From positions 103,044,001 through 103,108,000 of the forward strand of contig OZ024744.1 of assembly GCA_964016885.1 (NCBI GenBank): a DNA stretch of 64,000 nt, written 5' to 3'. Made by a program: the position numbers and the translations under genes. A model generated the notes under the pieces. That model did no database searches. It saw only the letters and a program-made list of their open reading frames with translations, and was not told where the DNA came from. This document shows, piece by piece, positions 28,401 through 40,600 of this stretch; position 1 is the stretch's first letter, and each line of letters opens with the position of its first letter. The stretch is from Eledone cirrhosa. Its lineage: Eukaryota.

Positions 28401-28620
28401 TGCCATGAAACTAAAAAGTAACCAGTCTACTGTTTAAAGTGGTCCTGCTGCCTTGAAACTGAAAAGTAGTCAGTCCACTGTTTAAAGTGGCCTGTTGCCA
28501 TGAGACTAAAAAGTAGTCAGTCTACCGTTTAAAGTGGTCCTGTTGCCATGAAACTAAAAAGTAACTAGTACACTGTTTAAAGTGGTCCTGCTGCCATGAT
28601 ACTAAAAAGTAGTCAGTCTA
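13440..28620 (+). repeat. Three related copies of a 3-4 kb block (starts ~15.1, ~19.45, ~24.8 kb; spacings ~4.4 and ~5.3 kb)
   Basis: Diagnostic variants occur three times in the same order: gtcccttggttaaag (~16431, 20860, 26201), aaagaggtcc...gctatg (~16587, 21016, 26357), ggtctctgcc (~16688, 21117, 26458), gtatggttt (~17872, 22301, 28091), gtggcctgttgccatgagact (~18268, 22649, 28487). Confidence 0.85.
23534..23556 (-). other. 23-bp micro-inversion within a monomer (copies at 29836, 32441, 34994, 36674, 39969, 48712)
   Basis: AAACAGTAGACTGGTTACTTTTT is the exact reverse complement of the normal AAAAAGTAACCAGTCTACTGTTT, in the same position between GAAACT and AAAGTG. Confidence 0.95.
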
Positions 28621-29279
28621 CTGTTTAAAGTGGTCCTGCTGCCATGAAACTAAAAAGTAACTATTACACTGTTTAAACTGGTCCTGTTGCCATGAAACTA
28701 AAAAGTAACCAGTCTACTGTTCAAAGTGGTCCTGTTGCCATGAAACTAAAAAGTAGTCAGTCTACTGTTTAAAGTGGTCCTGTTGCCATGAAACTAAAAA
28801 TAACTAGTACACTGTTTAAAGTGGTCCTGCTGCCATGATACTAAAAAGTAGTCAGTCTACTGTTTAAAGTGGTCCTGCTGCCATCAAACTAAAAAATAGT
28901 CATTCCACTGTTTAAACTGGTCCTGTTACCATGAAACTAAAAAGTGACCAGTCTGCTGTTGAAAGTGGTCCTGTTGCCATGAAACTAAAAAGTAGTCAGT
29001 CTACTGTTTAAAGCAGTCTACTGTTTAAAGTGGTCCTGCTGCCATGAAACTAAAAAGTAGTCAGTCCACTGTTTAAAGTGGTCCTGCTGCCATGAAACTA
29101 AAAATTAGTCAGACTACTGTTTAAAGCAGTCTACTGTTTAAAGTGGTCCTGCTGCCATGAAACTAAAAAGTAGTCAGTCCACTGTTTAATGTGGTCCTGT
29201 TGCCATGAAACTAAAAAGTAACCGGTCCACTGTTTAAAATGGTCCTGCTGCCATGAAACTAAAAAGTAGTCAGTCATCT

Positions 29280-32200
29280 GTTTAAACTGGTCCTGTTGCC
29301 ATGAAACTAAAAAGTAACCAGTCTACTGTTCAAAGTGGTCCTGCTGACATGATACTAAAAAGTAGTCAGTCTACTGTTTAAAGTGGTCCTGCTGCCATGA
29401 AACTAAAAAGTAACTATTACACTGTTTAAACTGGTCCTGTTGCCATGAAACTAAAAAGTAACCAGTCTACTGTTCAAAGTGGTCCTGTTGCCATGAAACT
29501 AAAAAGTAGTCAGTCCACTGTTTAAAGTGGCCCTGTTGCCATGAAACTAAAAAGTAGTCAGTCTACTGTTTAAAGTGGTCCTATTGCCATGAAACTAAAA
29601 AGTAACTAGTACACTGTTTAAAGTGGTCCTGCTGCCATGATACTAAAAAGTAGTCAGTCTACTGTTTAAAGTGGTCCTGCTGCCATGAAACTAAAAAATA
29701 GTCATTCCACTGTTTAAACTGGTCCTGTTGCCATGAAACTAAAAATACCCAGTCTGCTGTTGAAAGTGGTCCTGTTGCCATGAAACTAAAAAGTAGTCAG
29801 TCTACTGTTTAACGTGGTCCTGCTGCCATGAAACTAAACAGTAGACTGGTTACTTTTTAAAGTGATCCTGCTGCCATGAAACTAAAAAGTAGTCAGTCCA
29901 CTGTTTAAAGTTGTCCTGCTGCCATGAAACTAAAAATTAGTCAGTGTACTGTTTAAAGTGGTCCTGCTGCCATGAAACCAAAAAGTAACCAGTCTACTGT
30001 TTAAAGTGGTCCTGCTGACATGGAACTAAAAAGTAATCAGTCGACTGTTTAAAGTGGGCCTGCTGCCATGAAACTAAAAAGTAGTAAGTCTACTGTTTAA
30101 AGTGGTCCTGCTGCCATAAAACTAAAATGTAGTCAGTCTACTGTTTAACTGGTCCTGTTGCCATGAAACTAAAACGTAACCAGTCTACTGTTCAAAGTGG
30201 TCCTGCTGCCATGAAACTAAAAATTAACTAGTCCACTGTTTAAAGTGGTCCTGTTGCCATGAAACTTAAAAGTAGTCAGTCCACTGTTTAAAGTGGTCCT
30301 GCTGCCATGAAACTAAAAAGTCGTCAGTCTACTGGTTAACGTGATCCTGTCGCCATGAAACTAAAAAGTAGTCAGTTCACTGTTTAAACTGGTGCTGCTG
30401 CCATGAAACTAAAAAGTAACCAGTTCCACTGTTTAAAGTGGGCCTGTTGCCGTTAAACTAAAAACTAACCATTCCACTGTTTAAAGTGGTCCTGCTGCCA
30501 TGAAACTAGTAAGTAACCAGTCTACTGTTTAAAGTGGTCCTGCTGACATGGAACTAAAAAGTAATCAGACTACTGTTTAAAGTGGGCCTGCTGCCATGAA
30601 AGTAAAAAGTAGTAAGACTACTGTTTATAGTGGTCCTGTTGCCATGAAAGTAAAAAGTAGTCAGTCTACTGTTTAAAGTGGTCCTGCTGCCATGAAACTA
30701 TAAAGTAACCAGTCTACTGTTTAAAGTGGTCCTGCTTCCATGAAACTTAAAAGTTACCAGTCTACTGTTTAAAGTGGTCCTGCTGCCCTGGAACTAAAAA
30801 GTAATCAGTCTACTGTTTAAAGTGGTCCTGCTGCCATGAAACTAAAAAGTAGTCAGTCTACTGTTTAACTGGTCCTGTTGCCATGAAACTAAAACGTAAC
30901 CAGTCTACTGTTCAAAGTGGTCCTTCTGCCATGAAACTAAAAAGTAACCACTCCACTGTTTAAACTGGTCCTGTTGCCATGAAACTTAAAAGTAGTCAGT
31001 CCATTGTTTAAAGGGGTCCTGCTGCCATGAAACTAAAAAGTAACCAGTCTACTGTTTAAAGTGGTCCTGCTGACATGCAACTAAAAAGTAATCAGTCGAC
31101 TGTTTAAAGTGGGCCTGCTGCCGTGAAACTAAAAAGTAGTAAGTCTACTGTTTAAAGTGGTCCTGCTGCCATGAAACTAAAATGTAGGCAGTCTACTGTT
31201 TAACTGGTCCTGTTGCCATGAAACTAAAACGTAACCAGTCTACTGTTTAAAGTGGTCCTGTTGCCATGAAACTAAAAATAACTAGTACACTGTTTAAAGT
31301 AGTCCTGCTGCCATGATACTAAAAGGTAGGCAGTCCACTGTTTAAAGTGGTCCTGTTGCCATGAAACTAAAAATTAGTCAGTCTACTGTTTAAAGCAGTC
31401 TACTGTTTAAAGTGGTCCTGCTGCCATGAAACTAAACAGTAGTCAGTCCACTGTTTAAAGTGGTCCTGCTGCCATGAAACTAAAAAGTAACCAGTCTACT
31501 GCTTAAAGTGGTCCTGTTGCCATGAAACTAAAAAGTAACCAGTCTACTGTTTAAAGTGGTCCTGTTGCCATGAAACTAAAAAGTAGCCAGTGTACTGTTT
31601 AAAGTCGTCCTGCTGCCATGAAACTAAAAAGTAACCAGTCCACTGTTTAAAGTGGTCCTGCTGCCATGAAACTAAAAAGTAACCGGTCCAATGTTTAAAA
31701 TGGTCCTGCTGCCATGAAACTAAAAAGTAGTCAGTCATCTGTTTAAACTGGTCCTGTTGCCATGAAACTAAAAAGTAACCAGTCTACTGTTCAAAGTGGT
31801 CCTGCTGCCATGATACTAAAAAGTAGTCAGTCTACTGTTTAAAGTGGTCCTGCTGCCATGAAACTAAAAAGTAACTATTACACTGTTTAAACTGGTCCTG
31901 TTGCCATGAAACTAAAAAGTAACCAGTCTACTGTTCAAAGTGGTCCTGCTGACATGATACTAAAAAGTAGTCAGTCTACTGTTTAAAGTGGTCCTGCTGC
32001 CATGAAACTAAAAAGTAACTATTACACTGTTTAAACTGGTCCTGTTGCCATGAAACTAAAAAGTAACCAGTCTACTGTTCAAAGTGGTCCTGTTGCCATG
32101 AAACTAAAAAGTAGTCAGTCCACTGTTTAAAGTGGCCCTGTTGCCATGAAACTAAAAAGTAGTCAGTCTACTGTTTAAAGTGGTCCTGTTGCCATGAAAC

Positions 32201-34560
32201 TAAAAAGTAACTAGTACACTGTTTAAAGTGGTCCTGCTGCCATGATACTAAAAAGTAGTCAGTCTACTGTTTAAAGTGGTCCTGCTGCCATGAAACTAAA
32301 AAATAGTCATTCCACTGTTTAAACTGGTCCTGTTGCCATGAAACTAAAAATAACCAGTCTGCTGTTGAAAGTGGTCCTGTTGCCATGAAACTAAAAAGTA
32401 GTCAGTCTACTGTTTAACGTGGTCCTGCTGCCATGAAACTAAACAGTAGACTGGTTACTTTTTAAAGTGATCCTGCTGCCATGAAACTAAAAAGTAGTCA
32501 GTCCACTGTTTAAAGTTGTCCTGCTGCCATGAAACTAAAAATTAGTCAGTGTACTGTTTAAAGTGGTCCTGCTGCCATGAAACCAAAAAGTAACCAGTCT
32601 ACTGTTTAAAGTGGTCCTGCTGACATGGAACTAAAAAGTAATCAGTCGACTGTTTAAAGTGGGCCTGCTGCCATGAAACTAAAAAGTAGTAAGTCTACTG
32701 TTTAAAGTGGTCCTGCTGCCATAAAACTTAAAGTGGTCCTGCTGCCATAAAACTAAAATGTAGTCAGTCTACTGTTTAACTGGTCCTGTTGCCATGAAAC
32801 TAAAACGTAACCAGTCTACTGTTCAAAGTGGTCCTGCTGCCATGAAACTAAAAATTAACCAGTCCACTGTTTAAAGTGGTCCTGTTGCCATGAAACTTAA
32901 AAGTAGTCAGTCCACTGTTTAAAGTGGTCCTGCTGCCATGAAACTAAAAAGTCGTCAGTCTACTGGTTAACGTGATCCTGTCGCCATGAAACTAAAAAGT
33001 AGTCAGTTCACTGTTTAAACTGGTGCTGCTGCCATGAAACTAAAAAGTAACCAGTTCCACTGTTTAAAGTGGGCCTGTTGCCGTTAAACTAAAAACTAAC
33101 CATTCCACTGTTTAAAGTGGTCCTGCTGCCATGAAACTAGTAAGTAACCAGTCTACTGTTTAAAGTGGTCCTGCTGACATGGAACTAAAAAGTAATCAGA
33201 CTACTGTTTAAAGTGGGCCTGCTGCCATGAAAGTAAAAAGTAGTAAGACTACTGTTTATAGTGGTCCTGTTGCCATGAAAGTAAAAAGTAGTCAGTCTAC
33301 TGTTTAAAGTGGTCCTGCTGCCATGAAACTATAAAGTAACCAGTCTACTGTTTAAAGTGGTCCTGCTTCCATGAAACTTAAAAGTTACCAGTCTACTGTT
33401 TAAAGTGGTCCTGCTGCCCTGGAACTAAAAAGTAATCAGTCTACTGTTTAAAGTGGTCCTGCTGCCATGAAACTAAAAAGTAGTCAGTCTACTGTTTAAC
33501 TGGTCCTGTTGCCATGAAACTAAAACGTAACCAGTCTACTGTTCAAAGTGGTCCTTCTGCCATGAAACTAAAAAGTAACCACTCCACTGTTTAAACTGGT
33601 CCTGTTGCCATGAAACTTAAAAGTAGTCAGTCCACTGTTTAAAGGGGTCCTGCTGCCATGAAACTAAAAAGTAACCAGTCTACTGTTTAAAGTGGTCCTG
33701 CTGACATGCAACTAAAAAGTAATCAGTCGACTGTTTAAAGTGGGCCTGCTGCCGTGAAACTAAAAAGTAGTAAGTCTACTGTTTAAAGTGGTCCTGCTGC
33801 CATGAAACTAAAATGTAGGCAGTCTACTGTTTAACTGGTCCTGTTGCCATGAAACTAAAACGTAACCAGTCTACTGTTTAAAGTGGTCCTGTTGCCATGA
33901 AACTAAAAATAACTAGTACACTGTTTAAAGTGGTCCTGCTGCCATGATACTAAAAGGTAGGCAGTCCACTGTTTAAAGTGGTCCTGTTGCCATGAAACTA
34001 AAAATTAGTCAGTCTACTGTTTAAAGCAGTCTACTGTTTAAAGCAGTCTACTGTTTAAAGTGGTCCTGCTGCCATGAAACTAAACAGTAGTCAGTCCACT
34101 GTTTAAAGTGGTCCTGCTGCCATGAAACTAAAAAGTAACCAGTCTACTGCTTAAAGTGGTCATGTTGCCATGAAACTAAAAAGTAACCAGTCTACTGTTT
34201 AAAGTGGTCCTGTTGCCATGAAACTAAAAAGTAGCCAGTGTACTGTTTAAAGTCGTCCTGCTGCCATGAAACTAAAAAGTAACCAGTCCACTGTTTAAAG
34301 TGGTCCTGCTTCCATGAAACTAAAAAGTAACCGGTCCACTGTTTAAAATGGTCCTGCTGCCATGAAACTAAAAAGTAGTCAGTCATCTGTTTAAACTGGT
34401 CCTGTTGCCATGAAACTAAAAAGTAACCAGTCTACTGTTCAAAGTGGTCCTGCTGCCATGATACTAAAAAGTAGTCAGTCTACTGTTTAAAGTGGTCCTG
34501 CTGCCATGAAACTAAAAAGTAACTATTACACTGTTTAAACTGGTCCTGTTGCCATGAAAC
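29280..34560 (+). repeat. About 2.6 kb tandem higher-order duplication
   Basis: Shared private variants: gtttatagtgg (~30623/33254), actataaag (~30697/33328), gacatgcaact (~31072/33703), aaaaggtaggcag (~31321/33952). ORFs 31544/34192 are offset by 2648. Confidence 0.85.
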
Positions 34561-37500
34561 TAAAAAGTAACCAGTCTACTGTTCAAAGTGGTCCTGTTGC
34601 CATGAAACTAAAAAGTAGTCAGTCCACTGTTTAAAGTGGCCCTGTTGCCATGAAACTAAAAAGTAGTCAGTCTACTGTTTAAAGTGGTCCTGTTGCCATG
34701 AAACTAAAAAGTAACTAGTACACTGTTTAAAGTGGTCCTGCTGCCATGATACTAAAAAGTAGTCAGTCTACTGTTTAAAGTGGTCCTGCTGCCATGAAAC
34801 TAAAAAATAGTCATTCCACTCTTTAAACTGGTCCTGTTGCCATGAAACTAAAAAGTAACCAGTCTGCTGTTGAAAGTGGTCCTGTTGCCATGAAACTAAA
34901 AAGTAGTCAGTCTACTGTTTAAAGTGATCCTGCTGACATGAAACTAAAAAGTAGTCAGTCTACTGTTTAACGTGGTCCTGCTGCCATGAAACTAAACAGT
35001 AGACTGGTTACTTTTTAAAGTGATCCTGCTGCCATGAAACTAAAAAGTAGTCAGTCCACTGTTTAAAGTTGTCCTGCTGCCATGAAACTAAAAATTAGTC
35101 ACTGTACTGTTTAAAGTGGTCCTGCTGCCATGAAACCAAAAAGTAACCAGTCTACTGTTTAAAGTGGTCCTGCTGACATGGAACTAAAAAGTAATCAGTC
35201 GACTGTTTAAAGTGGGCCTGCTGCCATGAAACTAAAAAGTAGTAAGTCTACTGTTTAAAGTGGTCCTGCTGCCATAAAACTAAAATGTAGTCAGTCTACT
35301 GTTTAACTGGTCCTGTTGCCATGAAACTAAAACGTAACCAGTCTACTGTTCAAAGTGGTCCTGCTGCCATGAAACTAAAAATTAACCAGCCCACTGTTTA
35401 AAGTGGTCCTGTTGCCATGAAACTTAAAAGTAGTCAGTCCACTGTTTAAAGTGGTCCTGCTGCCATGAAACTAAAAAGTAGTCAGTCTACTGGTTAACGT
35501 GATCCTGTCGCCATGAAACTAAAAAGTAGTCAGTTCACTGTTTAAACTGGTGCTGCTGCCATGAAACTAAAATGTAACCAGTTCCACTGTTTAAAGTGGG
35601 CCTGTTGCCGTTAAACTAAAAACTAACCATTCCACTGTTTAAAGTGGTCCTGCTGCCATGAGACTAGTAAGTAACCAGTCTACTGTTTAAAGTGGTCCTG
35701 CTGACATGGAACTAAAAAGTAATCAGACTACTGTTTAAAGTGGGCCTGCTGCCATGAAAGTAAAAAGTAGTAAGACTACTGTTTAAAGTGGTCCTGTTGC
35801 CATGAAAGTAAAAAGTAGTCAGTCTACTGTTTAAAGTGGCCCTGCTGCCATGAAACTAAAAAGTAACCAGTCTACTGTTTAAAGTGGTCCTGCTTCCATG
35901 AAACTTAAAAGTTACCAGTCTCCTGTTTAAAGTGGTCCTGCTGCCATGGAACTAAAAAGTAACCAGTCCACTGTTTAAAGTGGTCCTGCTGCCATGAAAC
36001 TAAAAAGTAACCGGTCCACTGTTTAAAATGGTCCTGCTGCCATGAAACTAAAAAGTAGTCAGTCATCTGTTTAAACTGGTCCTGTTGCCATGAAACTAAA
36101 AAGTAACCAGTCTACTGTTCAAAGTGGTCCTGCTGCCATGATACTAAAAAGTAGTCAGTCTACTGTTTAAAGTGGTCCTGCTGCCATGAAACTAAAAAGT
36201 AACTATTACACTGTTTAAACTGGTCCTGTTGCCATGAAACTAAAAAGTAACCAGTCTACTGTTCAAAGTGGTCCTGTTGCCATGAAACTAAAAAGTAGTC
36301 AGTCCACTGTTTAAAGTGGCCCTGTTGCCATGAAACTAAAAAGTAGTCAGTCTACTGTTTAAAGTGGTCCTGTTGCCATGAAACTAAAAAGTAACTAGTA
36401 CACTGTTTAAAGTGGTCCTGCTGCCATGATACTAAAAAGTAGTCAGTCTACTGTTTAAAGTGGTCCTGCTGCCATGAAACTAAAAAATAGTCATTCCACT
36501 CTTTAAACTGGTCCTGTTGCCATGAAACTAAAAAGTAACCAGTCTGCTGTTGAAAGTGGTCCTGTTGCCATGAAACTAAAAAGTAGTCAGTCTACTGTTT
36601 AAAGTGATCCTGCTGACATGAAACTAAAAAGTAGTCAGTCTACTGTTTAACGTGGTCCTGCTGCCATGAAACTAAACAGTAGACTGGTTACTTTTTAAAG
36701 TGATCCTGCTGCCATGAAACTAAAAAGTAGTCAGTCCACTGTTTAAAGTTGTCCTGCTGCCATGAAACTAAAAATTAGTCAGTGTACTGTTTAAAGTGGT
36801 CCTGCTGCCATGAAACCAAAAAGTAACCAGTCTACTGTTTAAAGTGGTCCTGCTGACATGGAACTAAAAAGTAATCAGTCGACTGTTTAAAGTGGGCCTG
36901 CTGCCATGAAACTAAAAAGTAGTAAGTCTACTGTTTAAAGTGGTCCTGCTGCCATAAAACTAAAATGTAGTCAGTCTACTGTTTAACTGGTCCTGTTGCC
37001 ATGAAACTAAAACGTAACCAGTCTACTGTTCAAAGTGGTCCTGCTGCCATGAAACTAAAAATTAACCAGCCCACTGTTTAAAGTGGTCCTGTTGCCATGA
37101 AACTTAAAAGTAGTCAGTCCACTGTTTAAAGTGGTCCTGCTGTCATGAAACTAAAAAGTAGTCAGTCTACTGGTTAACGTGATCCTGTCGCCATGAAACT
37201 AAAAAGTAGTCAGTTCACTGTTTAAACTGGTGCTGCTGCCATGAAACTAAAATGTAACCAGTTCCACTGTTTAAAGTGGGCCTGTTGCCGTTAAACTAAA
37301 AACTAACCATTCCACTGTTTAAAGTGGTCCTGCTGCCATGAGACTAGTAAGTAACCAGTCTACTGTTTAAAGTGGTCCTGCTGACATGGAACTAAAAAGT
37401 AATCAGACTACTGTTTAAAGTGGGCCTGCTGCCATGAAAGTAAAAAGTAGTAAGACTACTGTTTAAAGTGGTCCTGTTGCCATGAAAGTAAAAAGTAGTC

Positions 37501-37640
37501 AGTCTACTGTTTAAAGTGGCCCTGCTGCCATGAAACTAAAAAGTAACCAGTCTACTGTTTAAAGTGGTCCTGCTTCCATGAAACTTAAAAGTTACCAGTC
37601 TCCTGTTTAAAGTGGTCCTGCTGCCATGGAACTAAAAAGT
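34321..37640 (+). repeat. 1,680-bp (35-monomer) near-perfect tandem duplication
   Basis: Lines from 34321 and from 36001 match line for line. Only two differences were noticed by eye (35102 c vs 36782 g; 35463 c vs 37143 t). Confidence 0.93.
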
Positions 37641-37659
37641 AATCAGTCTACTGTTTAAA

Positions 37660-40600
37660 GTGGTCCTGCTGCCATGAAACTAAAAAGTAGTCAGTCTACT
37701 GTTTAACTGGTCCTGTTGCCATGAAACTAAAACGTAACCAGTCTACTGTTCAAAGTGGTCCTTCTGCCATGAAACTAAAAAGTAACCACTCCACTGTTTA
37801 AACTGGTCCTGTTGCCATGAAACTTAAAAGTAGTCAGTCCACTGTTTAAAGGGGTCCTGCTGCCATGAAACTAAAAAGTAACCAGTCTACTGTTTAAAGT
37901 GGTCCTGCTGACATGGAACTAAAAATTAATCAGTCGACTGTTTAAAGTGGGCCTGCTGCCGTGAAACTAAAAAGTAGTAAGTCTACTGTTTAAAGTGGTC
38001 CTGCTGCTATGAAACTAAAATGTAGTCAGTCTACTGTTTAACTGGTCCTGTTGCCATGAAACTAAAACGTAACCAGTCTACTGTTTAAAGTGGTCCTGTT
38101 GCCATGAAACTAAAAATAACTAGTACACTGTTTAAAGTGGTCCTGCTGCCATGATACTAAAAAGTAGTCAGTCTACTGTTTAAAGTGGTCCTGCTGCCAT
38201 CAAAGTAAAAAATTGTCATTCCACTGTTTAAACTGGTCCTGTTACCATGAAACTAAAAAGTGACCAGTCTGCTGTTGAAAGTGGTCCTGTTGCCATGAAA
38301 CTAAAAAGTAGTCAGTCTACTGTTTAAAGCAGTCTACTGTTTAAAGTGGTCCTGCTGCCATGAAACTAAAAAGTAGTCAGTCCACTGTTTAAAGTGGTCC
38401 TGCTGCCATGAAACTAAAAATTAGTCGGACTACTGTTTAAAGTGGTCCTGCTGCCATGAAACTAAAAAGTAGTCAGTCCACTGTTTTATGTGGTCCTGCT
38501 GCCATGAAACTAAAAAGTAACCAGTCTACTGCTTGAAGTGGTCCTGTTGCCATGAAACTAAAAAGTAGTCAGTGTACTGTTTAAAGTGGTCCTGCTGCCA
38601 TGAAACTAAAAAGTAACCAGTCCACTGTTTAAAGTGGTCCTGCTGCCATGAAACTAAAAAGTAACCGGTCCACTGTTTAAAGTGGTCCTGCTGCCATGAA
38701 ACTAAAAAGTAGTCAGTCAATTGTTTAAACTGGTCGTGTTACCATGAAACTAAAAAGTAACCAGTCTACTGTTCAAATTGGTCCTGCTGCCATGAAACTA
38801 CAAAGTAGTCAGTCCACTGTTTAAAGTGGCCCTGTTGCCATGAAACTAAAAAGTAGTCGGTCTACTGTTTAAAGTGATCCTGTTGCCATGAAACTAAAAA
38901 GTAACTAGTACACTGTTTAAAGTGGTCCTGCTGCCATGAAACTAAAAAGTAATTATTACACTGTTTAAACTGGTCCTGTTGCCATGAAACTAAAAAGTAA
39001 CCAGTCTACTGTTCAAAGTGGTCCTGTTGCCATGAAACTAAAAAGTAAGCAGTCCACTGTTTAAAGTGGTCCTGTTGCCATGAAACTAAAAATTAGTCAG
39101 TCTACTGTTTAAAGCAGTCTACTGTTTAAAGTGGTCCTGCTGCCATGAAACTAAACAGTAGTCAGTCCACTGTTTAAAGTGGTCCTGCTGCCATGAAACT
39201 AAAAAGTAACCAGTCTACTGCTTAAAGTGGTCCTGTTGCCATGAAACTAAAAAGTAACCAGTCTACTGTTTAAAGTGGTCCTGCTGCCATGAAACTAAAA
39301 AGTAGTCAGTCCACTGTTTAAAGTGGCCCTGTTGCCATGAAACTAACAAGTAGTCAGTCTACTGTTTAAAGTGGTCCTGTTGCCATGAAACTAAAAAGTA
39401 ACTAGTACACTTTTTAAAGTGGTCCTGCTGCCATGATACTAAAAAGTAGTCAGTCTACTGTTTAAAGTGGTCCTGCTGCCATGAAACTAAAAAGTAACTA
39501 TTACACTGTTTAAACTGGTCCTGTTGCCATGAAACTAAAAAGTAACCAGTCTACTGTTCAAAGTGGTCCTGTTGCCATGAAACTAAAAATTAGTCAGTCC
39601 ACTGTTTAAAGTGGCCCTGTTGCCATGAAACTAAAACGTAGTCAGTCTACTGTTTAAAGTGGTCCTGTTGCCATGAAACTAAAAAGTAACTAGTACACTG
39701 TTTAAAGTGGTCCTGCTGCCATGATACTAAAAAGTAGTCAGTCTACTGTTTAAAGTGGTCCTGCTGCCATGAAACTAAAAAATAGTCATTCCACTGTTTA
39801 AACTGGTCCTGTTGCCATGAAACTAAAAAGTAACCAGTCTGCTGTTGAAAGTGGTCCTGTTGCCATGAAACTAAAAAGTAGTCAGTCTACTGTTTAAAGT
39901 GATCCTGCTGACATGAAACTAAAAAGTAGTCAGTCTACTGTTTAACGTGGTCCTGCTGCCATGAAACTAAACAGTAGACTGGTTACTTTTTAAAGTGATC
40001 CTGCTGCCATGAAAATAAAAAGTAGTCAGTCTACTGTTTAAAGTTGTCCTGCTGCCATGAAACTAAAAATTTGTCAGTGTACTGTTTAAAGTGGTCCTGC
40101 TGCGATGAAACTAAAAAGTAACCAGTCTACTGTTTAAAGTGGTCCTGCTGACATGGAACTAAAAAGTAATCAGTCGACTGTTTAAAGTGGGCCTGCTGCC
40201 ATGAAACTAAAAAGTAGTAAGTCTGCTGTTTAAAGTGGTCCTGCTGCCATAAAACTAAAATGTAGTCAGTCTACTGTTTAACTGGTCCTGTTGCCATGAA
40301 ACTAAAACGTAACCAGTCTACTGTTCAAAGTGGTCCTGCTGCCATGAAACTAAAAATTAACCAGTCCACTGTTTAAAGTGGTCCTGTTGCCATGAAACTT
40401 AAAAGTAGTCAGTCCACTGTTTAAAGTGGTCCTGCTGCCATGAAGCTAAAAAGTAGTCAGTCTACTGGTTAACGTGATCCTGTCGCCATGAAACTAAAAA
40501 GTAGTCAGTTCACTGTTTAAACTGGTGTTGCTGCCATGAAACTAAAAAGTAGTCAGTCTACTGTTTAACTAAGTAACCAGTTCCACTGTTTAAAGTGGGC

